From Octopus sinensis (lineage: Eukaryota), in the NCBI RefSeq assembly GCF_006345805.1, contig NC_043018.1, positions 11,284,001 through 11,348,000 on the forward strand: a DNA stretch of 64,000 bases. Reading direction: 5' to 3'. Position numbers and translations under genes: made by a program. Below the pieces are notes generated by a model, which saw nothing but the letters and a program-made list of their open reading frames with translations, ran no database searches and had not been told where the DNA came from. This document shows positions 38,001 to 48,764 of this stretch, piece by piece (positions within the stretch are counted from its first letter, which is position 1; each line of letters begins with the position of its first letter).

Positions 38001-39827
38001 CGTCCATCTTTATGTTCTAAGTTCAAATTCTACCAAGGCAGCAAGCTGGCAGAATCGTTAACATGCCAGGCAAAAGCTGCTTAGAAGCATTTCGTCCATC
38101 TTTATGTTCTAATTCAAATTCTACCAAGGCAGCAAGCTGGCAGAATTGTTAACATGCCAGGCAAAATGCTTAGAAGCATTTCGTCCATCTTTATGTTCTA
38201 AGTTCAAATTCTACCAAGGCAGCAAGCTGGCAGAATTGTTAACATGCCAGGCAAAATGCTTAGAAGCATTTCGTCCATCTTTATGTTCTAAGTTCAAATT
38301 CTACCAAGGCAGCAAGCTGGCAGAATTGTTAACATGCCAGGCAAAATGCTTAGAAGCATTCGTCCTCTTATGTTCTAAGTTCTAAGTTCAAATTCTACCA
38401 AGGCAGCAAGCTGGCAGAATTGTTAACATGCCAGGCAAAATGCTTAGAAGCATTTCGTCCATCTTTATGTTCTAAGTTCAAATTTTACCAAGGCAGCAAG
38501 CTGGCAGAATCGTTAACATGCCAGGCAAAATGCTTAGAAGCATTTCGTCCATCTTTATGTTCTAAGTTCAAATTCTACCAAGGCAGCAAGCTGGCAGAAT
38601 CGTTAACATGCCAGGCAAAATGCTTAGAAGCATTTCGTCCATCTTTATGTTCTAAGTTCAAATTCTACCAAGGCAGCAAGCTGGCAGAATCGTTAACATG
38701 CCAGGCAAAATGCTTAGAAGCATTTCGTCCATCTTTATGTTCTAAGTTCAAATTCTACCAAGGCAGCAAGCTGGCATCGTTAACATGCCAGGCAAAATGC
38801 TTAGAAGCATTTCGTCCATCTTTATGTTCTAAGTTCAAATTCTACCAAGGCAGCAAGCTGGCAGAATCGTTAACATGCCAGCAAAATGCTTAGAAGCATT
38901 TCGTCCATCTTTATGTTCTAAGTTCAAATTCTACCAAGGCAGCAAGCTGGCAGAATCGTTAACATGCCAGGCAAAATGCTTAGAAGCATTCGTCCATCTT
39001 TATGTTCTAAGTTCAAATTCTACCAAGGCAGCAAGCTGGCAGAATCGTTAACATGCCAGGCAAAATGCTTAGAAGCATTTCGTCCATCTTATGTTCTAAG
39101 TTCAAATTCTACCAAGGCAGCAAGCTGGCAGAATCGTTAACAGCCAGCAAAATGCTTAGAAGCATTTCGTCCATCTTTATGTTCTAAGTTCAAATTCTAC
39201 CAAGGCAGCAAGCTGGCAGAATCGTTAACATGCCAGGCAAAATGCTTAGAAGCATTTCGTCCATCTTTATGTTCTAAGTTCAAATTCTACCACGGGCAGC
39301 ACTGGCAGAATCGTTAACATGCCAGGCAAAATGCTTAGAAGCATTTCGTCCATCTTTATGTTCTAAGTTCAAATTCTACCAAGGCAGCAAGCTGGCAGAA
39401 TCGTTACATGCCAGGCAAAATGCTTAGAAGCATTTCGTCCATCTTTAGTTCTAAGTTCAAATTCTACCAAGGCAGCAAGCTGGCAGAATCGTTAACATGC
39501 CAGGCAAAATGCTTAGAAGCATTTCGTCATCTTTATGTTCTAAGTTCAAATTCTACCAAGGCAGCAAGCTGGCAGAATCGTTAACATGCCAGGCAAAATG
39601 CTTAGAAGCATTTCGTCCATCTTTATGTTCTAAGTTCAAATTCTACCAAGGCAGCAAGCTGGCAGAATCATTAACATGCCAGGCAAAATGCTTAGAAGCA
39701 TTTCGTCCATCTTTATGTTCTAAGTTCAAATTCTACCAAGGCAGCAAGCTGGCAGAATCGTTAACATGCCAGGCAAAATGCTTAGAAGCATTTCGTCCAT
39801 CTTTATGTTCTAAGTTCAAATTCTACC
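29051..39827 (+). repeat. ~120 x 90-bp tandem array (satellite) built from the tRNA-like head of SINE family A
   Basis: Unit AAGGCAGCAAGCTGGCAGAAT(C/T)GTTAACATGCCAGGCAAAATGCTTAGAAGCATTTCGTCCATCTTTATGTTCTAAGTTCAAATTCTACC repeats without spacers; 10777 bp / 90 = 119.7. It matches the heads of dispersed SINEs, e.g. at 40057 and 49437. Confidence 0.99.
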
Positions 39828-40270
39828 AAGGCAGCAAGCTGGCAGAATCATTAACATGCCAAGCAAAATGCTTAGAAGCATTTCGTCTGTCGCTACATTC
39901 TCAGTTCAAATTCTGCCATGGTCAACTTTGCCTTTCATCCTTTTGGAGTCAATAAATTAAGTACCAGTGAAATACTGGGGTCCATGTAATTGACTATTCC
40001 CCTCCCCTGAAATTTCAGGCCTTGTGCCTTTGGTAGAAAGGATTATTATTCTTATTAAGGCAGCAAGCTGGCAGAATCGTTAACATGCTAGATGAGATGT
40101 TTTCTCTTGTTTATGTTCTGAGTTCAAATTCCGCCATGGTTGACTTTGCTTTTCATCCTTTCAGGGTTGATAAAATAAGTACCAGTTGCGTACTGGGGTC
40201 GATATAATCGACTCTCCCCCTCCCCCAAATTTCAGGCCTTGTGCTTATAATAGAAAGGATTATTATTATT
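39828..40270 (+). mobile_element. Two complete family-A SINEs closing the array (39828-40048, 40057-40270)
   Basis: The final head continues into GGTCAACTTTGCCTTTCATCCTTTTGGAGTCAATAAATTAAGTACCAG...GGCCTTGTGCC..GTAGAAAGG-ATTATT. A second full copy follows. Confidence 0.92.
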
Positions 40271-41137
40271 ACTCCTAATTTTCCTTGTGAAGTATACCAG
40301 TAATTTCTCTTCATTTCATCCCCATACATCAATCATCTGCATGTGGTACTCTTTCCATTGTCCAGACTATTTCTGCCTTCTATTGTTGTTGTTGTTGACT
40401 ATTTCTTCTCTACAAATGCTGTTCTTCTCCCTTCTTTTGCTCTTCTTTGCCCCTCTGCTCTTACCAATATTTCCAACACTGTCATCCTCATCATCAAATA
40501 TCATATACACATTGGTATGAACCACCAACACCTCCACTACCACCGCTAACCACCATGCAGTAGTTGCCGTCACCACCACCATCAAGCCAATGTTGTTATA
40601 ACTCTCAGCATCACCATCATCCAATATCTATCACTACCATCATTCTATAGAAAAATCCTCTATCCATCATTGCCAGCATCACCATCCACCACCACCACCA
40701 CCACACATCATGGTCACTACTGCACCATCAAGCATTTGCCACTGCCACCACCACCACCACCACCACCACCATTAGTTTTTATCCGCAGCCCTCCTCCTCT
40801 TTCTCATCAATATGTAGTGATGTTGGCCCATTGTCAGCTACAATCATTGACTTTGGCCAAACTACTCGGACTTGATGGCTAATAATGATCTGATTGTCTA
40901 CTTTCGTTGTTCTTTCCACTTCTTGTTTTGTTTTTGGTTTTTTCACTTTTCTTTATTTGGCTTCTTCCTCCACCTCCACCCCATCCATCCATCATTCACC
41001 TATTCATTCATTCATTCATTCATTCATTCGTTCATTTGTAGATTGACTGACTGATTGATTGATTCACTCATTCATTGATCCTTTTGGTCATTCATCTGCT
41101 TTGTTTGTATGACCAGAACACAGTCAGAGAATCTAAT

Positions 41138-41171
<34 letters not shown>

Positions 41172-42820
41172 ACATGTATTTGTGTTTATATTCATTCAGT
41201 TACTCTCATTGTTGCCAAACAATGAGAGAGCAGCAATCCACAATTTCCATTACCATCTGAATGTTTAGCTCTCTCTCTCTCTCTCTTATCCAAAAACTCC
41301 TTCACTCCCCTCCACACTCACTCATTCACTCAATCTCCTTTCTTCACATTATTCAACTTAGTCTTATTCACCCACATTTCTTTCTCATTCATCCAATGCC
41401 ACACTCATTCACAGACTTAATATTTCACCACTTTTCCAATATTCAACATTGTCTCGTTAACCCTGCTTACCCATACATATTCTCCTACAACCCTATTTTT
41501 TACCATGTCCTCCTTTCTATCTGTGTGTCTACTGTTTTTTCACCCCATGCAAGGACTGTGACAATCCCTGCCGCTTATTGGTTCCAGCTTTCTTGCTCTC
41601 ATTTGACAGCAATGTCTCTTCACTCCACATCACTCATTCGTACCATCTGTCTCTCAATCAGGACATTATCACTCAATGTCATTCACTTTCCCAATCACTC
41701 ACATTATTTCTCTCTCTCCTCCGTGTTATTCATCACTCCACATCACTCATGTGTTCACTGACCCATTGGCATTATATATATATCTCTCTCTTTTATGATA
41801 TTCATCATTCCAAGGAGCTGCACTGAAGACTTTCCTAGGTCCTAAGATTGTCCAAGACTGGAGGACCATAAAGCAACAATTCTTGTCTACACCTCAAGAA
41901 CTCGATTGCCCTATTCTTTCTTTCATCTTTGGACAGTGTTATTCCACACCACCTACACACCAAATCTCTTCCCTTCTCCATTCAGCCAAGTGACAGTATA
42001 CACCATCAGAGTTCACATGCTTCATAATGTTTCTCTCTAGCTCTCTTTCTCTGTCATTCAATTTATCTTGCTTACCCTCTCATCCAAGGTCAAGTGTACT
42101 CTACTTCCCAGTCCGTCACACTCGAACCTTTCATCATCTGACACAAGGTCTCCTCTTCTAATGCCCCCCTCTCCTCTCAAAGGATCTTTGTCTTGCAAAT
42201 TACTTGGTGACCCTACCAGTTTGGTGCCACACAAAAACCATCCAGTCCACACTGTAAAGTGGTTGATGTTTGGAAGGGCATCCTGTGGTAAAAACCATGC
42301 CAAAACTGACCTTGTCTGTGCTTGTACCACTTAAAAAGCACTCTTTCCACTCTGTTGGGTTGTTGGTGTTTGGAAGGGCATCCAACCGTAAAAGCCATGC
42401 CAAAACAGTCACTGAAGTCTGGTGCAGGTTCCTGCCTGGTCAGCTCCTCTCAAACCATCCAACCCATATTTACAACAAATACACATATGTAAACTAAACT
42501 TCAGTTTCAAATTTGTTAGCCCAATACAAGTTTTAACTGGCTAAGTTATGGTCCCTTTCCATCCAGGTTCCTCTTTTTCTCTCTCTCCATAATATTGGGT
42601 TTTGGACACCAGGACTGCTCTAACCACTTTTGGATGATCCTATCTCCTCAACACATCAAGCCCTTCAAAATACCATACCTGCCCCTCTTTTGTCAACATA
42701 TTTCCTGCTCCTTTCTATTGGCAGGTGTTCAAGCTGAACATAAACCACTCAGTGACCCCTACAAAGTTTAGGGGATCACTCCTGACTAAACCATAAAACA
42801 AGCAAAAAAAACTACTGTTG

Positions 42821-43013
42821 CAACTCACCCCTATTCAAGCTCACTCCTAACTCAAGTCCACCCCTAACTAAAGCCTACCCCAACTCAAGCCCCCACCCCA
42901 ACTCAAGCTCACTTCTAACTCAAGCCCACCCTGAACACAAACACACCTTCAACTTAAGCCTACCCCCAAATCCAGCTCGCCTCCCAACTCAGTCTCATCC
43001 CCAACTCAACTCT
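42821..43013. repeat. Degenerate 17-bp C-rich minisatellite (CAAGCCCACCCCTAACT-like, ~11 copies)
   Basis: Successive units CAAGCTCACTCCTAACT, CAAGTCCACCCCTAACT, CAAGCCCCACCCCAACT, CAAGCTCACTTCTAACT and so on. Confidence 0.75.
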
Positions 43014-44519
43014 CTTCTTTTAACTATTCATCTTTTTTGTTTCTTTTGTTTTCATTCTCAGATTTTCTTTCTCCTCCTATTAACCTACTTTTATCAAGTT
43101 GATAGTGTCTTTAGCTGTTTGCTCTGCTTGCTAGAAATAGCAACCAAATTCCTTCCAAATCATATATTACCTATTTAAAAAAGGAAGTGTGGCATAACAT
43201 AATCCTGTTCTCTGCACATTGTAAGCAGACAGAATATTTATGGCTAGAATGTCCTTGACCACTGGTCTTGACCACTGGTGTACTCAATCAGGACTGACCT
43301 TTAGCTAAGTAACAATTATAACTCATTTTTCATGAGAAAAATGAAGAAGCGTCTGTGTTTACCCAATCTACTAGAAATAGCAACCAAATCTCACTTAAAT
43401 TAAACAAAGGTGAATATGTTAGACATTGTTTTCTTTGATATAAATGCAACAAAAAAAAAAACTGATGGTCAAGGCTGGAACTTCATTGATTATGAGTGTA
43501 CTCAATAAAACTCAGTGGTTAGAGCTTTGGGCTCAAACTCATGAAGTAGCGAGTTTGATTCCCAGACCGGGCTGCATGTTGTGTTCTTGTTTATTTTACA
43601 TTGCTCCAGTTCACTCAGCTGTGGAAATGAGTTGTGACGTCACTGGTGCCAGGCTGTATCGGCCCCTTTGCCTTTCCCTTGGATAACATTGGTGACATGG
43701 AGTGGGGAGGCTGGTATGCATGGGCAACTACTGCTCTGCCATAAACAATCTTGCCTGGACTTGTACCTCCTCAGAGGGGAACTTTTTAGGTGCAATCCCA
43801 TGGTCATTCATCTCCAAAAGAGGTCTTTACCTTTAGAGTAACTCTGTATACATCTTACTGGTGTTATCATCTTGATTATTGCTTTCACTACACTTTGGCT
43901 GTTGTGCACTCCAGCCTTCTTCAGGTGTTTTGAGTCAAACTGGGGTTGTATCAGAATTTCGAACCCAACCCTTTATCTGATTTTCAGGGGTACACTGTTC
44001 TCATTCCGCAACAATTTTTGCTTCAGTTGAATTATGAAAATTATCTTTAGTGCCTTGCTTGGGATTGAACTTAGAACTTGTAGGTGACTGCACTGCATTA
44101 ACCAATCTTCTTATCTAGTCTGACTAATCATCATTATCATCATCATCATTATTTAACATCCGCCTTCCATGCTGGCATGGGTTGGATGGTTTGACAGGAG
44201 CCAGCCAGGTAGGAGACTACACCCTACTTCTGTATCTGTTTCAGCATGGTTTTTATGGCTGGACGCCCTTCCTAATACCAACCACCCTGCAGAGTGGACT
44301 GAGTGCTTTTTATGTGGCACCAGCATAAGCTAGGTCAGTTTTGGTATGGTTTTTACAGCTGGATGCCCTTCCAAATGCCAACCACTTCTCAGTGTGGACT
44401 GGATGCTTTTTATATGGCACCAGTACCAGCAGGATCACCAAATAACTTGCAAGACAAGGAATCTTTGAGAGATGTGGGGGGGTATTGACTAATGTAAATT
44501 CCTTGTCTTAGTAATAAAG

Positions 44520-45650
44520 AATTGTATTAGAGTAACTCTGTTCTCTTTCTTTTCCCTCTTCTACTTTCCTCTTCATCTACTCCTGCCACTCCTCCTTTTT
44601 GCTCCCACCTTTTCTCTTCCCCTTTCATAGCTCATCTTCCTTGCAGGGAAAGTTACTAAAAAGAGATTGTCATTCTATCCAGGAAGAGATTCACCTCTGC
44701 TTAATGGTGTTGAAATTATGTCCTTGTTGTTTGGAGTATGATACTAGCTAACTATTTCTCCTTAATTCCATCGCTCTCTACTCCTTTCTCTTTACCCTCA
44801 TCCCTTAGAGGTACACATCTTTATCTCTCTCTCTCTCTCTCTCCTCTTTACAACTTTCTCTTTCATTTTAATTATCTTTTTTCCTTTATTTTTTTCCCTT
44901 GCTCTCTCCTCTGCTCACATCTTTATTGCTGTACCTCCTCTGCAACTTTTTCTCTCTCCCTCTCTACACACACATCTCTCTCTCTCTCTCTACCTCTGTC
45001 TCTTACACTCTTCCTCTCACACATTTCTTCCCCTCAAAAATCCTTTCTCTTTTATTCTACCACCTTTAATTCCTTCTCTTCAGTTTTATTCTCATTCTTC
45101 CTTCTTACTCTCTCCCTCTCTCATCTGTTGTCCAAGACATTTTTACTCTTTTTTTTCTTCCTTTTACCTCTCTACCCATCTCCAACCCCTGCTCCCTTTT
45201 CTACCTGTTCAGCCTTCCCACATTCTCTTCCACCCTTAATCCTTTTCTCTGCATGTCACTGTTCTCTACACCATCTTTTGCCTCTACCATTCTCTATCTC
45301 TACCCCCCACCCTCTTCTCATCCAGCTTCATCCTCCTCTAACTTTCTCTCACTTCTATCCATCTTCTCTACTTTTTAACAAATATCTTCCCTCCTCTCTT
45401 TATACACACACACATGTTCTCTTTTTTTCCTTTGCAAATTTTCACTCCTCCTCCTCCTCCAAACCATTCTTCTCATTCTCTTTCAGCCATTCTATCATTT
45501 ATTTATTTCCTTCCTTCATTTTTCTTTTCTTTTTGTTTCATTCCTTCATTTTTCTCGTTCTCTCCCCCTCCCCTTTTTCCCTGCCGTGCGTTTGGTTTAC
45601 CTTCCAATTTCTTTCGAAATTTTCCCATTTTTTTCACTCTTGACCTTTAA
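44520..45650. repeat. ~1.1 kb polypyrimidine (CT-rich) low-complexity tract
   Basis: The plus strand is almost entirely C/T with very few G. The 301-aa S/F/L ORF here is a by-product of that composition. Confidence 0.8.
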
Positions 45651-47530
45651 AATTTCAATGTCTTTCACATTGGCTTAATCCACTCAGCACCACTACTGCC
45701 GTCCACCACCACCACTACCACCACCGATACCGTCACTACGATCGTTACAACTACTACTACTACTACTACTACTACTGCTGCTTTTACGCCTCTTCCCCCC
45801 CTCCCGTACTCTCTCAAAGTCATGCTTCTATTTCTCGGTCTCATTCATCGTCGTGTCGCTTCCATTCATTGCGTACCAACAACAGCAACAATTACAACAC
45901 GCACCTCGATTCCAATTGAGGAAACATGACTACGTTCTTCAGCTGAATTGCATAACTTGCACACCTAACAACATCGGCAGCTGCACCGCTGCTGCTGCTG
46001 CCCACCGCTGCTGCTGCTGCTGCTGTGTCTTGTGTTTGCAGTCTCTGTCACTAGTCACTACTTTGTAGTAGTTCCAGAGCGGTTGAGCGCCATCGTTAAC
46101 GCTTCCGCGCAAATCACATGCCAGGGGTGTGAAAGGGGAGGGGTGGAAAAAAAAAAGCAACAACGAAAAAAGTAAGAAAAGAAGAAAAAAGCTTAAAGCA
46201 AATTAAAACCTCGAAAACCGACAAAATAAACAAGAAAAGGGGGAAAAACCCTACATTTGAGAAATATACAAAAACATAATAAATTTTCCAAAAAAGCATT
46301 GTTTGTAACTTAACTTTTCACAAGAATCTTGGAAACCTTGTACATATCAATCATCACAACGTGAAGTCGGAATGAAGCTACGGTGAAAGAAAATAAGAAA
46401 AAGAATCAAACCATAGACATCTCCAGAAGGATCGCAAGAGCAAGCTGAACGTTGATGCAACTCGCCAAAGAGTGAACCCATTTCCAAACGGATGTACTTA
46501 CATATTTCGCTGCTTTCAAACCCTTTTGCTTCTTGGAATTTATTAGGGTGGGTGGTTTGCAAGTAGTTGTTTGTTTTTGTTTTTTGTTTTATTGTTGTTG
46601 CTATTATTATTATCATTTATATTTATGTGTGTAAGTATTTTGACTTAACTTCCCCACACCGACGGAACACATACACTTCGGGTAAATATGGACATACGGA
46701 AAACTACTGCTGCCCTTCATACTACTACTACTACAACTTCTACCACTGTCGAGTTTATTGTATGTGTGTGTGGTGTATCCTCTCCCCATAACCTTTCCTC
46801 ACACACACACACATCCACAGGTTACTTTATTTCTCTTTTAAATTCTTTTTTCTTCTTTCTCTCATACCTTTAATTTCCTTGTGTGAAGTTTTTTCCTTCT
46901 GTGAAGTTTAGCCCCGCATCATCTCTTCTCTCAGTTTCCATCCATCTCCGTTCTTGCTCTTTTCCATTCTTTCACCACACACACACACACACCCGTCTCC
47001 TTTTCTTCTCTTTCCCTTCTTCTTTTCTGATTATTCTTCAAAGATTTAAAACCTCTTTCTTCGTCCTTTCCTCCTAAATTCTCTTTCTTCCTCTTCCACA
47101 CCACATCTCTCCACCACTTCGCCCTCACTATTCTCTCCACCCTGATGCCAATAGCAACAGTAGCGGCGGCGCTAGCTTAATATTAAGACAATTTACTTTA
47201 ATTAATTCTGCTTGGTCTCTCCCTCTTCACATCCTTTTGTTTTGCTCTTCTTTATATGTTCTCAACTACCTTTGATCTTCTGGTCACACTGTGCGCATAA
47301 CACGTTAACCCTTGAAACAACACATGTGCGCGCGCGCGCGTGTGAAAGAGAGAGAGAGAGAGAGACCGACCGCGTATGTTCGCGCGCGCGCGGTTTCGTG
47401 TCATTTTTGCGCAGATGGGACACACGCCGAAGAGTATTGTTTTCTTAATTGACATGTATTTTTGTGCCCGTCTGTTATGGAGTCAATTGGGTTAAGCTAA
47501 TGAATGGCTGCGGCTCGCGTGTCTTAGAGA
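45580..47530. promoter_or_regulatory. CpG-enriched, SINE-free promoter/5'-exon-like region of an unidentified gene
   Basis: CG dinucleotides are visibly frequent (CGCGCGCGCGCG at ~47326-47341 and ~47381-47392, CCGACCGCG, GCGGCTCGCG) against a CpG-poor background. There are (GA)n tracts, an Inr-like TCATTC at 45841, and no recognisable SINE between ~44.5 and 48.7 kb. Direction unresolved. Confidence 0.55.
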
Positions 47531-48764
47531 GAGAGAGAGACCTATGTGCGTGTGTGTATGTATGAATGGGTTTCCTTAATGTGTCTGTGTAAGATTAAGT
47601 ATGTATACGTGTCTACATATATATGTAGTTGGTGTATATGAAAAGTATATATGTGTATGTATGTATGTATACATGTGTGTATGTATATATACGTATGTGT
47701 ATGTACATATACGTGTGTGTATGTATATATATATGTTTATATATGTACGTATACATACATATATAAATACACATACCACACACGCTATTTAAAACAATGA
47801 TGATATTAATAGAACCGTGTAACAATGTTATAAATTATCACTAACACAATTATGATACTCGACCGCCTTTGTTTGGATAGAAATCTCTGATCAAATGCTT
47901 TATCAAGGGAGATCCTACAAGATAGGGGTTGCCAGATTTCTTATTAATTAATTCCTCCCCTTTTTCACAGATATTTTAATACACAGAAAAGAGCAAAAAA
48001 TTCTATTGTTAACAAATGTCCTAGAATTTTCTATCATCCTCCAAGACTAGTTAATAATTACATTGTGCTTCTATTAATTAGAGTAAAGAAATATTTACTA
48101 ATTAGAATTACTAATTCTATTTTTGAGGGAATATGGTGTTTTGGTCCAAATATTTCCAGTTTTTAGTAATATTTGTTATTCATTGTTGCATGTCCACACT
48201 TCTCTCTCTCCCTCTCTCTCTCCATATATATATATATATGTATGTATGTGTGTATATATATATATGTACATATATGTATGTATGTGTGTGTATATATATA
48301 TGTACATATATGTATGTATATATGCATATATTTATATATTATTTATATGTATGTATGTATGTATGTATATACATACATACATACATACAAACATGTTATT
48401 TTTATACATTTACATATGCACAGAGTGCGCATGCAGATATATACATACACACACACACACTCGGCTATATCTTGAAATTGTTTGTCTCAAAGAACAGCCT
48501 TAATGTTTTGGAAGACAATTTAATTAAGCCAAACAGTTTGCATATTCTCATTAACATGGTGATTATTAAAAACAACTGAAAACAAATCAGCAAACATATA
48601 TAAAAACATTCTACTTGTACAAAAATACTGCTCTGATGTCCTTCTACTGGTTTCTCTTATGACTGACCAAGCTGGGGCACTTGCTGTCTCAGTAGAAAGG
48701 AATTTTCATTTTTTTCATAGTTTATCAGATTCTATTATTAGTGTTGTTGTTGTTGTTGTTGTTA

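Noticed and set aside
29051-39827. CRISPR array interpretation of the regular repeat
   Set aside because: Units are contiguous with no unique spacers, there are no cas genes, and the context is eukaryotic.
29071-39955. Annotating the repeat ORFs (up to 719 aa) as a protein-coding gene
   Set aside because: The frame comes from a 90-bp SINE head with no in-frame ATG and many indels. It is kept only as a low-interest finding.
44738-45650. 301-aa S/F/L-rich ORF
   Set aside because: A CT-only tract cannot easily form stop codons, and there is no domain-like signal.
47500-47525. CGGCTCGCGTG resembles the 3' half of miR-375
   Set aside because: The TTTGTTCG seed half is absent and there is no supporting hairpin.
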